Notes: generated from the sequence alone by a model not told the origin. Numbered from the stretch's first letter, positions 1 through 9,885 are shown. The stretch: DNA of 64,000 nt from Synechococcaceae cyanobacterium (GCA_947378425.1 CANCJV010000013.1:2826-66825); one strand, 5' to 3'. Translations and numbers: made by a program.

Positions 1-1349
1 TTGACTTCAACGCCAAGAAGAGAGTGGATGATAGGCAACTCAGGGACCTGCTCTCTCACTATTCAAAGTTCCGCCTGAGAACTGAGGACTTTGAGCGACC
101 TGATCTATTGGGTGCTGCCTATGAGTACCTGATCAAGAAATTCGCAGACACAGCAGGAAAAAAGGGCGGTGAATTCTATACCCCTGTCGAAGTTGTTCGG
201 TTGCTCGTCGCTCTGCTACGACCACGAGCAGGAATGAAGATCCTTGACCCTACCTGTGGGTCTGGAGGAATGTTCATCGGTATCAGAAACTACCTGGAAA
301 CTCATGGGGAGAATCCAGCGAACCTCCAGTTGTTCGGGCAAGAGATGAACCTGAGCACCTGGGCGATCTGCAAACTGAACATGTTCATCCACGGGGTTTT
401 CAGTGCAGACATTCGCAAAGGCGACACCATCACTGATCCTCAGCATGTACTCAACGGTACATTGATGCTGTTTGATCGGGTGATTGCCAACCCTCCCTTC
501 TCCCTGAAGAACTGGGGTCGGGAATCTGCTGAGCACGATGGGTATGGGCGGTTTCGCTTTGGTATCCCACCCAAGGACGCTGGTGATCTGGCATTCGTTC
601 AGCACATGATCGCCTCACTGAACCAAGAAGGAATGATGGGCGTGGTGGTTCCTCATGGTGTCCTGTTCCGTGGTGGTCAGGAAGGGGAGATTCGTAAGGG
701 CATTCTTGAGGATGACTTGGTGGAAGCGGTGATTGGTCTGCCCTCAGGGTTGTTCTATGGAACTGGTATTCCTGCAGCACTCCTGATCATCAACAAGAAC
801 AAGACTGCTGAGCGGAAAGGGAAGGTTCTCTTCATCAATGCTGAACTGGACTACCAGGAGGGCAAGAACCAGAACATCCTGAGAGACCAGGACATTGAGA
901 AGGTGGTGGGATGCTTTGACGCCTTCAACGAAATCAAGCGGTTCTCACGGGTGGTGCCCATTGAAGAGATACGGAAAAACGGACACAACCTGAACATTCG
1001 CCGTTACGCAGATACCTCACCGCCACCTGAACCTTTTGATGTCCGTGGCATTCTTCATGGTGGGGTGCCGATCAAGGAGATTGAGAGTGATTACATCCAG
1101 GAGATCCTGGAGGGATTTGATGTCAGCGTGGTTCTGGTGCCCAAGGATGGGGAGTATCTGAAATTTCAGGACGACATCAAGGAGAAATCCCAGATCCGTC
1201 AGCACCTGGGGGATGCCTCTGATGCTGTGATCCAGCAGTTTGAGCGATGGTGGGACAAGTACGGGGTCTCACTCGCTCAGATTGATGCTGAAGTCAAGGA
1301 AGCAGAAGCAGTGATGCACGGGTTCTTGAAGGAGTTGGGATATGAGTAA
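1..1349 (+). CDS. hsdM: Type I R-M DNA methyltransferase subunit HsdM (5' end outside window)
   Basis: The frame is open from the window edge. N6-adenine MTase motifs are present: DPTCGSGGM (AdoMet motif I) and NPPF (motif IV). It is followed by hsdS and hsdR with overlapping stop/start codons. Confidence 0.93.
   Translation, partial: DFNAKKRVDDRQLRDLLSHYSKFRLRTEDFERPDLLGAAYEYLIKKFADTAGKKGGEFYTPVEVVRLLVALLRPRAGMKILDPTCGSGGMFIGIRNYLETHGENPANLQLFGQEMNLSTWAICKLNMFIHGVFSADIRKGDTITDPQHVLNGTLMLFDRVIANPPFSLKNWGRESAEHDGYGRFRFGIPPKDAGDLAFVQHMIASLNQEGMMGVVVPHGVLFRGGQEGEIRKGILEDDLVEAVIGLPSGLFYGTGIPAALLIINKNKTAERKGKVLFINAELDYQEGKNQNILRDQDIEKVVGCFDAFNEIKRFSRVVPIEEIRKNGHNLNIRRYADTSPPPEPFDVRGILHGGVPIKEIESDYIQEILEGFDVSVVLVPKDGEYLKFQDDIKEKSQIRQHLGDASDAVIQQFERWWDKYGVSLAQIDAEVKEAEAVMHGFLKELGYE
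1311..1347 (+). repeat. 37-bp exact direct repeat, copy 1 (hsdM/hsdS-1 junction)
   Basis: gtgatgcacgggttcttgaaggagttgggatatgagt is found again at 2547-2583. It includes the ATG of the downstream hsdS. Confidence 0.9.
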
Positions 1350-2592
1350 TGCACCTCCAAACCTAATCAAGATTTCAGCAATCGCGACAAAAATAGGGAG
1401 CGGTATAACCCCCAAAGGCGGTTCAAGTATTTACACAAAAAGAGGAGTAAAACTCATAAGAAGTCAAAATGTTCATCCAGGACACTTAGATCTTAAGGAT
1501 GTTGCCTGCATCTCTGATGAGATACACAGATCCATGGTTTCAACCAGGGTTGAGACAGGAGATGTCTTGCTCAACATTACAGGCGCATCAATAGGAAGAT
1601 GTGCGATAGCACCATCTGACCTGGGAGAGGCGAATGTAAATCAGCATGTTTGCATAATCCGACCACAACCTGCCGACTTGATCGGCGCATATCTGATGCA
1701 CTTCCTGAACTCTTATGGCGGGCAAGAGCAAATCAATAGGTTCCAGGCAGGGGGCAACAGAGAGGGTCTTAATTTTGCACAGATCAGGTCAATGGAAATC
1801 CCCCTACCCCCACTCCCCGAGCAGAAGAAGATCGCCGAGATACTCTCTGGGATTGATAAAGAAATTGCAGGAGTCTCCCAGATTATTCAAGGAAAGCGTC
1901 TTTTCAGAGAGTCACTGCTTAGGCAAATAATTCCTCATCAGTCAAGTTTTGGCGACGGACTCCCTCCCAAAGGTTGGACCCTGACGACGATAGACAACAT
2001 CTGTTCGTTGATTACATATGGATTCACCAATCCCATGCCCACTACCGATAGAGGCATTTGCATGGTTACTGCGAAGGATGTTAGGGATGGAAAGATTGAC
2101 AAAAGGACCGCCAGATTTACAAGCGTTGAGGCGTATGAGACTCTTCTTACAGACAAGAGCAGACCAAGACGGAATGACATCTTGGTAACCAAAGACGGGA
2201 CGCTAGGACGCACTGCAGTAGTTGGTGAAGAGACCATCTGCATCAATCAGTCAGTTGCCCTGCTAAGACCAAGTGACGAACAAAACTCTCAATTCCTGCA
2301 ACTGCTGCTGAGTTCCCCTCAGTATCAAGAAACAATGATTGAGGAGTCAGGAGGATCCGCAGTAAAACACATTTACATAACAACTCTCGCAAAGATGCCA
2401 ATAGCGATACCCTCCTCCCCAGAGACAAGAGGGGAGGTCGTTGGTTTTTGCTATGCCTTGAATAAGTCAATTGATATATTGCTCAAGAAGCATGACTGCT
2501 TGACCAATCTCAAGAAAGGTCTTGCATCAGACCTTCTCTCAGGTTGCAAGAGGGTCGGTGATGCACGGGTTCTTGAAGGAGTTGGGATATGA
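1342..2592 (+). CDS. hsdS: Type I R-M specificity subunit HsdS, copy 1
   Basis: It has a two-TRD architecture with the central conserved helix PLPPLPEQKKIAEILSGIDKEI and the C-terminal conserved LKKGLASDLLSG. Its start overlaps the hsdM stop. Confidence 0.9.
   Translation: MSNAPPNLIKISAIATKIGSGITPKGGSSIYTKRGVKLIRSQNVHPGHLDLKDVACISDEIHRSMVSTRVETGDVLLNITGASIGRCAIAPSDLGEANVNQHVCIIRPQPADLIGAYLMHFLNSYGGQEQINRFQAGGNREGLNFAQIRSMEIPLPPLPEQKKIAEILSGIDKEIAGVSQIIQGKRLFRESLLRQIIPHQSSFGDGLPPKGWTLTTIDNICSLITYGFTNPMPTTDRGICMVTAKDVRDGKIDKRTARFTSVEAYETLLTDKSRPRRNDILVTKDGTLGRTAVVGEETICINQSVALLRPSDEQNSQFLQLLLSSPQYQETMIEESGGSAVKHIYITTLAKMPIAIPSSPETRGEVVGFCYALNKSIDILLKKHDCLTNLKKGLASDLLSGCKRVGDARVLEGVGI
1807..1856 (+). 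repeat. 50-bp exact direct repeat, copy 1 (central conserved region of hsdS-1)
   Basis: cccccactccccgagcagaagaagatcgccgagatactctctgggattga is identical to 3048-3097. Confidence 0.9.
2547..2583 (+). repeat. 37-bp exact direct repeat, copy 2 (hsdS-1/hsdS-2 junction)
   Basis: Identical to 1311-1347 by manual comparison. Confidence 0.9.
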
Positions 2593-3833
2593 GTGTATTT
2601 CCTTCTGAGTGGGAGAATGGGTGCATCGGAGATATCGCTAAAGTCATTAGTGGATACGCCTTCCCAAGCGAGGACTTTCATGACAACCATCAGGAAGGCA
2701 TCCCTGTGGTGCGTATGTCCGACATCAAAGATAAAGGACTGAATCTAGGAAGTGCAAAACGAATTAGCAATATCAACCAAGAGTTCTTAAGGAAGTTTCA
2801 GATAAGGCAAGGCGATCTCCTTTTTGGCATGTCAGGCAGTATTGACAAGTCCGCACTTGTGCTTAACAATCAGCAAGCATTGCTCAATCAACGAGTTGGA
2901 GCACTACGCTCAGTCCAGGCAAATGGGAACTTTCATGCACACATTTTTCAAAACGAAAGAGTAAAGAGTCAGATTCTTGACTTGGCGGCAGGCGGGGCAC
3001 AACTCAATATCAGTGCTAAGCAGATAGAATCAATAAGAATAGCAATTCCCCCACTCCCCGAGCAGAAGAAGATCGCCGAGATACTCTCTGGGATTGACAG
3101 AGAAATTGAATCCCTATCAAAAGCAATTGGCTCACATAGAACGACAAGAAATGCTTTGATAGAGTCAATCTTTGAGGATGGTCACAAAAAGGCAGAGAAT
3201 GGATCAAGTGAATGGCGAGTTTGGTCAATTGAGGACTTGCTTGCAAGCACTGCAACCCCAATGCGTAGCGGACCATTCGGGAGTGCATTGCTTAAAGAAG
3301 AACTTGCCAAGGAGGGGATTCCATTTCTCGGCATTGACAATGTACGGACCGAAGAGTTCGTTCTAACTTTCAAAAGATTTCTGACTGATGAGAAATTTAA
3401 GGAGTTAAGGCGATACGAGGTCTTTCCACAAGATGTGATGATAACCATTATGGGGACAGTTGGGAGGTCCTGTGTTGTCCCCGAAGGCATAGGACCATGC
3501 GTTTCCTCCAAGCACACTTGGACAATGACTTTTGATCACAGCAAGGTCGCCCCAGAAATTATCTGCTGGCAATTAAATCACTATGGCAGGACAAGAACAA
3601 AGTTTCTAGAAAGCAGTCAAGGTGGTGTAATGGATGCCATCAGTTCCCAGACACTACGGGAAACAGAAGTCCCGATTCCCACAAGCAGGCTGTTTGCCGA
3701 GCAAATAGTTGGGCAATACAAGAGTTCGCACAATCACGAGCAGACATTAAACAAAAAGTTTCATAAGATGAGGTTGCTTAAAAATGCCGTCGCCAGTGAT
3801 CTCCTTTCAGGTCGCAAGAGGGTCAGCATCTAA
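2589..3833 (+). CDS. hsdS: Type I R-M specificity subunit HsdS, copy 2
   Basis: It carries the central IPPLPEQKKIAEILSGIDREIE and C-terminal LKNAVASDLLSGRKRV motifs. Its TRDs are unrelated to those of copy 1. Confidence 0.9.
   Translation: MSVFPSEWENGCIGDIAKVISGYAFPSEDFHDNHQEGIPVVRMSDIKDKGLNLGSAKRISNINQEFLRKFQIRQGDLLFGMSGSIDKSALVLNNQQALLNQRVGALRSVQANGNFHAHIFQNERVKSQILDLAAGGAQLNISAKQIESIRIAIPPLPEQKKIAEILSGIDREIESLSKAIGSHRTTRNALIESIFEDGHKKAENGSSEWRVWSIEDLLASTATPMRSGPFGSALLKEELAKEGIPFLGIDNVRTEEFVLTFKRFLTDEKFKELRRYEVFPQDVMITIMGTVGRSCVVPEGIGPCVSSKHTWTMTFDHSKVAPEIICWQLNHYGRTRTKFLESSQGGVMDAISSQTLRETEVPIPTSRLFAEQIVGQYKSSHNHEQTLNKKFHKMRLLKNAVASDLLSGRKRVSI
3048..3097 (+). repeat. 50-bp exact direct repeat, copy 2 (central conserved region of hsdS-2)
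   Basis: Identical to 1807-1856. Confidence 0.9.
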
Positions 3834-6802
3834 TGGCAGGAGACGAGCACCAATTTGTAGAGGCACCTGCCCTTGAACAACTCAAGGGTCTGGGGTGGTC
3901 TCATCTGGATGGCACCACACTCGTCCCTGAGAAGTCAAATCACCGCTCATCACTCAAGGATGTGGTTCTCACGCCCAACCTTGAGCAGGCAATCCAACGC
4001 ATCAACCCCTGGATCAGCGAAGACAACCTCCGCAAGGTCATCCGAGAAGTCACCATCATTCAGACCGCCACCCTGATGGAGGCAAACCAGTGGTTCTGGG
4101 AACGCCTGACCCAGTACTTCAGCGTGGATCAGGACCTTGGCAGTGGTCGTCGTGGTCAGACACTGAAACTGATTGACTTTGACCAACCAGAGAACAACGA
4201 GTTCCTTTGCGTTGATCAGTTCAAGATCCAGGGTCCATCGCAGAACATCATTCCCGACATCCTGCTTTTCGTGAATGGATTGCCTTTGGGGGTGATGGAG
4301 TGCAAGTCGCCCTTCGTGACCGATCCAATGGCAGAGGGCATCAATCAACTACGCCGCTACGCCAACCTCAGGAATCCAAGCGATACCGAAGGATGCGAGA
4401 AACTGTTGCACTATAACCAAGTGATGATTTCTACCCACAGAGATGGGGCAAGAGTTGGGACAATTTCATCGCTTGCTGAGCACTACCTTGAATGGAAAGA
4501 TCCCTATCCGCTCACGAAAGAGGATCTGGGTAAAAATGCAACTCCTCAAACCCTTCTGATCCAAGGTTTGTTGCATCCAAGGAGCTTCCTGGACATCATA
4601 CAGAACTTCACAGTCTTTGAGGCCGATAGCGGTCGCACGATCAAGAAGATCGCCCGCTACCAGCAGTTCAGAGCAGTTCATAAAACTCTGAAACGCCTCA
4701 AAACGAAGGGTAGTCGCAAGAATAAAGGTGGAGTGATCTGGCACACCCAGGGATCGGGTAAATCCCTGACCATGGTCTTCCTCACCCTGAAGATCCGTAG
4801 GGATCCACTGCTACGAGACTACAAACTGGTTTTCCTGACCGACCGAACCCAACTGGATGGACAACTGACCAAAACATTCAAAAATGCACAAGGAGAAACC
4901 GTCCTTCATGCAACATCGGTCAGTCACCTCAAGGAACTGCTCTCTAAGGACGCTTCTGATCTGGTCACTGCCACGATCCAGAAACTGCAGGAAGGGGACT
5001 TCGGGTTCGCTTGCCTGAACGACTCTGATCGGATCATCGTTCTGGCGGACGAGGCACACCGCACTCAGTACGGGACCTTGGGTGCCGCCATCAACACTGC
5101 TCTGCCCAATGCTCCCAAGATCGCCTTCACGGGTACTCCCCTGATCATCAGCGAGAAGACCACAGGGGAGTTCGGTTCCTACATAGACACCTACACCATT
5201 GAACAGGCAGTCGCTGATGGTGCTACCTGCCAGATCCTCTACGAAGGAAGGGAGGTAAGTACCAAGGTCACGGGTGATTCGTTGGATGCCCTGTTTGATC
5301 GCTACTTCCAGGACAGGACACCAGAAGAAAAGACAGCAATTAAGAAGAAGTACGGCACGGAACGGGCAGTCCTGGAAGCACCTCAACGCCTTGAATGGGT
5401 GGGTCTGGATCTGGTCGGACACTACCGCAGCACAATTCTGCCCAATGGGTTCAAGGGCATTCTGGTAACCAGTAGCAGGGAAGCAGCAGTCACCTACAAA
5501 CAGAAACTGGATGCTATCCCAGGAGCACCAGAGTCAGCAGTGGTGATTTCAGGCGATCACAACGACCCACCCCACATCTCTAAATGGACCAATCCTGCCG
5601 ATCACAAGAAGGCGATTGAGAACTTCAAGAAACCGCTCAGCGAGCACCCACTTTCGCTTCTGATTGTCAAGGACATGCTGCTAACGGGGTTTGATGCTCC
5701 CGTTTGTCAGGTCATGTATCTGGACCGCAAACTAACCGACCATAACCTCTTGCAAGCAATCGCACGGGTGAATCGGACTGCCGCCAATAAGTTCTGCGGG
5801 TATATCGTTGATTACTACGGTCTGACCGACTACCTGGCGGATGCTCTCAAGGTCTTCTCCTCCTCTGATGTCCAGGGTGCTCTCAAGAACCTCAAGGACG
5901 AGATCCCCAAATTGCAGGCAGCACACACTAAGGTCAAGCAGCATCTGAAGAAAACTGACCTTCAGGACATTGATGCCTGCATTGAACTGTTGGAGGACGA
6001 ACTGAAGCGTCAGCGGTTTGAGATGGACTTTCGCTCCTTCGCCAAGCAGGTGGAAATCGTCCTACCCGATCCAGCAGCGAACCCCTTCCTTGCTGATCTC
6101 AAGGCACTGGGCAAGGTGGTGATCGGATGCCGTAACCGCTATCGGGATGAGCAGTTGAATCTCGTTGGGTGCGGGGAGAAGGTCAGAAAACTCATAGAGG
6201 AACATGTTCGTGCCACAGGAGTGGATCCACGGGTGCCCCCCACCAAACTCTTTGATGTGGAGTTTGAGCAGGTTCTTGCCGCACAGACCAGCGATAAGGC
6301 AAAGGCATCCGAGATAGAACACGCCACCAAGGCGGTTCTCAAGGTCAAGATGGACGATGACCCCGAGTACTACCAGTCCCTGGCGCTGCGTTTGGAGGAG
6401 ATCATCCAGAAATACCAGCAGAAGTGGCAGGAACTGGTTCAGCAACTCCTCCTGTTCCGTGACGACATGGAGGAGGAGAGGACCAAGAAGGCGAGTGAAC
6501 TCGGATTGAACGAGACCGAATTTGCCTTCCACGGGGTGCTGATGGCAGAGATCATCAGGGCATCAGGGGAGGAGTCCATGGACGAGGAGACCCATCAACG
6601 GGTGCTGGACCTGACCAAGGATCTGGTCGCCAAGTTTCAGGAGGCAACCCACATCGTCGGGTTCTTCCAGAAGTGGGATGAGATTGCCCGAATCAAGAAG
6701 CAGATCAAGCGGGCAATATTGGATCAACCGTTCGGAGATAAGGCACTGGTGGATGCCGTGACGGACCGGTTCATGGATCTGGGCAAAAGGCACTTCCGAT
6801 GA
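3833..6802 (+). CDS. hsdR: Type I restriction enzyme R subunit HsdR
   Basis: 989 aa. SF2 motifs are present: HTQGSGKSLTM (motif I), LADEAHRTQ (DEAH, motif II) and FTGTP (motif III). Its ATG overlaps the hsdS-2 stop. Confidence 0.95.
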   Translation: MAGDEHQFVEAPALEQLKGLGWSHLDGTTLVPEKSNHRSSLKDVVLTPNLEQAIQRINPWISEDNLRKVIREVTIIQTATLMEANQWFWERLTQYFSVDQDLGSGRRGQTLKLIDFDQPENNEFLCVDQFKIQGPSQNIIPDILLFVNGLPLGVMECKSPFVTDPMAEGINQLRRYANLRNPSDTEGCEKLLHYNQVMISTHRDGARVGTISSLAEHYLEWKDPYPLTKEDLGKNATPQTLLIQGLLHPRSFLDIIQNFTVFEADSGRTIKKIARYQQFRAVHKTLKRLKTKGSRKNKGGVIWHTQGSGKSLTMVFLTLKIRRDPLLRDYKLVFLTDRTQLDGQLTKTFKNAQGETVLHATSVSHLKELLSKDASDLVTATIQKLQEGDFGFACLNDSDRIIVLADEAHRTQYGTLGAAINTALPNAPKIAFTGTPLIISEKTTGEFGSYIDTYTIEQAVADGATCQILYEGREVSTKVTGDSLDALFDRYFQDRTPEEKTAIKKKYGTERAVLEAPQRLEWVGLDLVGHYRSTILPNGFKGILVTSSREAAVTYKQKLDAIPGAPESAVVISGDHNDPPHISKWTNPADHKKAIENFKKPLSEHPLSLLIVKDMLLTGFDAPVCQVMYLDRKLTDHNLLQAIARVNRTAANKFCGYIVDYYGLTDYLADALKVFSSSDVQGALKNLKDEIPKLQAAHTKVKQHLKKTDLQDIDACIELLEDELKRQRFEMDFRSFAKQVEIVLPDPAANPFLADLKALGKVVIGCRNRYRDEQLNLVGCGEKVRKLIEEHVRATGVDPRVPPTKLFDVEFEQVLAAQTSDKAKASEIEHATKAVLKVKMDDDPEYYQSLALRLEEIIQKYQQKWQELVQQLLLFRDDMEEERTKKASELGLNETEFAFHGVLMAEIIRASGEESMDEETHQRVLDLTKDLVAKFQEATHIVGFFQKWDEIARIKKQIKRAILDQPFGDKALVDAVTDRFMDLGKRHFR

Positions 6803-7560
6803 CCGCCATTCCAAAAGAGGTCTTGGGTCTGCGTGTGGAGGTGGTCCGCTCCATCAGGCGAACTGCGGGTCTTCACATCGTTGGAACTGATCTGCAGGTC
6901 CGTGTTCCCGAGCACCTGGGGGATGAGCGGGTGGCAGCGATCCTCAAGCAGAAGCGTCCATGGATCAGGTCCAAGGTTGCTGAACTCAGTTCCGTTCCTG
7001 CTCATCGCTCCAAGGAACTGGTCAGTGGGGAGTCCTTCCTCTATCTGGGAAGGAACTACCGCCTCAAGATTCAGGAGGGGCATCAGGTAGGGGTGTGCCT
7101 ATCTGGGGGATACCTCAAAGCAACCATCCGACCCAGTGAGCAGGGTGAGCATCGGACGCAAAGGATTCAGCAGTATCTGCAGAACTGGTATCGCATTAAG
7201 GCGCTTGAGCGGTTGAGAGAAAAAGTAAACCGCTATGCCAAAGAGATTGGTGCGATACCAACGGATGTATGCGTGAAGAACTTCAAATCCCGCTGGGGAT
7301 CATGCCACAAGAACGGACAAATTGTTTTTAACTGGAACATCATCAAGGCACCTCATACCATCGTAGATTATGTTGTCATTCATGAGTTGTGCCACCTTAT
7401 TCACCCCAATCACTCCAAACAGTTTTGGGAGTTTGTCGGTTGGCATGACAGCACCTACCCTGAACGCAAGGAATGGTTAAAAGTACATGGTAGGTCTCTG
7501 CTGTCAGATATTACATACACCAATCATTCAAGAGAGAGCGAACCAGATGGAAAGAATTGA
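6799..7560 (+). CDS. YgjP-like (DUF45/M48-type) zinc metallopeptidase
   Basis: It has the HELCHLIHPNH zinc motif (HExxH) near the C-terminus and overlaps the hsdR stop. This family is commonly linked to Type I R-M operons. Confidence 0.8.
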   Translation: MTAIPKEVLGLRVEVVRSIRRTAGLHIVGTDLQVRVPEHLGDERVAAILKQKRPWIRSKVAELSSVPAHRSKELVSGESFLYLGRNYRLKIQEGHQVGVCLSGGYLKATIRPSEQGEHRTQRIQQYLQNWYRIKALERLREKVNRYAKEIGAIPTDVCVKNFKSRWGSCHKNGQIVFNWNIIKAPHTIVDYVVIHELCHLIHPNHSKQFWEFVGWHDSTYPERKEWLKVHGRSLLSDITYTNHSRESEPDGKN

Positions 7561-7774
7561 AAGAACAAGGCAACCAAGGAAATGCCCAAATTGCGGACAT
7601 AGCATAGTCGGCAAAATCTTGTATGGAATGCCAGGTTTTTCAAAAGAACTTGAGGAATCGATCGAGAAGGGAGAAGTGATTCTGGGAGGTTGCTGCGTGG
7701 GAATGGATGATCCCGCCTGGCAGTGCTCTAAATGCGAACAACAAATATGGAAAAAGCAGGGCAGACCCCGATAG
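7547..7774 (+). CDS. Small zinc-ribbon protein, function unknown
   Basis: The internal ATG gives MERIERTRQPRKCPNCG...CSKCEQ, two CxxC pairs. It overlaps the peptidase gene end by 14 nt. Confidence 0.5.
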   Translation: MERIERTRQPRKCPNCGHSIVGKILYGMPGFSKELEESIEKGEVILGGCCVGMDDPAWQCSKCEQQIWKKQGRPR

Positions 7775-7991
7775 GAACGCACTGCAAAGGTGATGGAAGC
7801 GGTTCCCTGGTGCTTGAGACACGATGGACCACCTGCCATCACCGCGAGCACATTCATCTATGTCTACAGAAAAGCACCCCGGTAATCACTTTAAATGCCT
7901 CGGATTCGCTTCATAAAGACTGTGATGTCCAAAACTTGAATGAACCAGTCAATGACTAAAGTTGTTATGTCTGCTCATGAGGAGACGAGGC

Positions 7992-8912
7992 ATGAATGAT
8001 GTGCCGCAGTTTGACGCCCTAATGCTGCCACTGCTTCAAGCAATGTCAGAAGGGCATGAGATGACACCAACGCAAATGCACGATGCAGTTGTAAATCGTC
8101 TACTGCTTTCAGAGGATGTCCTAACAAAGCGCCTACCCAGTGGAATTCAGACTACTTTTGATAACAGGATGGGATGGGCGCGAACATATCTATTCAAAGC
8201 AGGATTGATAAATCGCCCACGCAGAGCAACCTACATAATTTCTCCATTTGGCAAGGAACTTCTTGCCAACCCTCCAGCAACAATAGATACAGAGTTCTTG
8301 CGCAAATATCAGACATTCAACGAATTTCTCCCGGAACATGGAGCAGGGGACTCTTCTGCAGCGCATCCACCTATTCCTCCAATAGACCTAACTCCTGAGG
8401 AGCAAATTGAAAATGGATTTCGACAGATCCACCGTGATCTAACTCAAGATTTGCTGGAGAGAATAAAGCAACTGCCGCCAGCAGGTTTTGAACAATTAGT
8501 TCTCCGGTTATTGGTTGGGATGGGATATGGAGGATCCTTGGCGGATGTTCAAGGTGTCGCAAGAGGATCGGATGGGGGCGTAGATGGCGTGGTCAATCAA
8601 GACCATCTGGGGCTAGATCGTATCTACATCCAAGCAAAATGCTGGGAGGGATCTGTGGGTAGGCCAGTCATACAGGGTTTTGTTGGTGCTCTATCAGGTG
8701 TCGGCGCGTCCAAAGGCGTTCTTATGACAACCTCTAGTTTTGCTCAACCGGCAGAAGAGTACGCTAGGACCCTAACTGATCGACGAATTGTTCTTGTAGA
8801 TGGAAAGCGCATGGTCGAACTTATGGCACGGCATAAAGTTGGCGTATCCACGAAGCAAGCATATGAGATACAGCGTATGGATGAGGACTTCTTCCTGGAA
8901 TTGGAATCTTAG
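7992..8912 (+). CDS. mrr: Mrr-family (Type IV-like) restriction endonuclease
   Basis: It has an Mrr_N-like winged helix (FDALMLPLLQAM) and an Mrr catalytic core (GSDGGVDGVV...IYIQAKCW). An AGGAGA Shine-Dalgarno lies 6 nt upstream of this ATG. The ORF track starts at a TTG at 7962. Confidence 0.85.
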   Translation: MNDVPQFDALMLPLLQAMSEGHEMTPTQMHDAVVNRLLLSEDVLTKRLPSGIQTTFDNRMGWARTYLFKAGLINRPRRATYIISPFGKELLANPPATIDTEFLRKYQTFNEFLPEHGAGDSSAAHPPIPPIDLTPEEQIENGFRQIHRDLTQDLLERIKQLPPAGFEQLVLRLLVGMGYGGSLADVQGVARGSDGGVDGVVNQDHLGLDRIYIQAKCWEGSVGRPVIQGFVGALSGVGASKGVLMTTSSFAQPAEEYARTLTDRRIVLVDGKRMVELMARHKVGVSTKQAYEIQRMDEDFFLELES

Positions 8913-9076
8913 GTCTGATCAACCACCTCCAACAGATCCTCAATACCACAATCCAGCACCGTCACAATTCTCTCTGCAAGATCTAGAGACAGTACCTGTG
9001 ATAGTTTTTCATCATTCCTCGCCAACCTTGTGATCGTTGTCGATGCCACACCTGCTGCAACCGCCAGTGAATTCAT
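8909..9076 (-). CDS. XRE/Cro-type helix-turn-helix protein
   Basis: From the internal ATG the product reads MNSLAVAAGVASTTITRLARNDEKLSQVSLDLAERIVTVLDCGIEDLL, a typical short HTH_XRE. The gene is convergent with mrr. Confidence 0.55.
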   Translation of the reverse strand: MNSLAVAAGVASTTITRLARNDEKLSQVLSLDLAERIVTVLDCGIEDLLEVVDQT

Positions 9077-9230
9077 TGTTATTGCTTTTTCCCCTGCCTT
9101 AGACGACGGAGATATGCCTTGTCGAAGGCAGCCAACAAACAGCTGGGCAGTACACCAGGTGGAGACCGGCGTGAACAAACAGATTTCCCTCCGGATAGCT
9201 GTGAGAAAAGGAAGACATGGTCTGTTCTCG

Positions 9231-9242
9231 CTTCTTAAGAAG
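9231..9242. promoter_or_regulatory. Perfect 12-bp palindrome in a divergent intergenic region (candidate operator)
   Basis: cttcttaagaag lies between the XRE gene (-) and the 9296 ORF (+). Confidence 0.3.
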
Positions 9243-9295
9243 AAAAAGGGGTTAAGTTAAGATTGGAAAAATCCACCGCAAGTGCCTTGCCCGTC

Positions 9296-9850
9296 ATGGA
9301 CGTTGATTGGCAGCAGCTTGAGCAGATCCGTGAACTGACGCCCTTTTTCAGCAGCGAGGGCACCAGCTTTCGCCAGGAGATTGAACGCGAACTGGTCCCG
9401 TTGCAAGCAATCGATCCCCACGACCTCGACAACCTGGCCCTATTGCGAGTGCTGGAAGTGACTAACGGTTGCGCCCAGTGGGGCTTTCGCCGCCAGGATC
9501 AAGATTGCCTCAGTGCCGACCATGCCCGAAATTGCATGCGCCAGGTAATCGGTTTTATCAAGGACAAGCGAATTCTCCTGCCAAGCGGCGAGACTATTGG
9601 TTTCAGTCCGGTAGTTGAAGACTTGATTGAATCAGGCAGGGAGCTTTATCAAAATGCCTTCAAACGCAATCAGGCTAGTGGCCAGAGGGCCTACTACGCC
9701 GCATCCACCGCTCAGTTCATCGCCTACGGTCCCGAGCGCCTGCAGCGAGCTAGCGACTTGGTTGAGCTGAACTTCGAATCACTCTTTACCCCAATCTGGA
9801 TTGCCAGGGGCCAGCGTTACATCGCCCCCTATCTCCAGGCCATGCGCTAG
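9296..9850 (+). CDS. Hypothetical protein
   Basis: Long ORF (TTG at 9263, first ATG at 9296). No motif recognised. Confidence 0.5.
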   Translation: MDVDWQQLEQIRELTPFFSSEGTSFRQEIERELVPLQAIDPHDLDNLALLRVLEVTNGCAQWGFRRQDQDCLSADHARNCMRQVIGFIKDKRILLPSGETIGFSPVVEDLIESGRELYQNAFKRNQASGQRAYYAASTAQFIAYGPERLQRASDLVELNFESLFTPIWIARGQRYIAPYLQAMR

Positions 9851-9885
9851 GTAGCATTGAGGCAGTGTTGCACCAGACTCAAATC

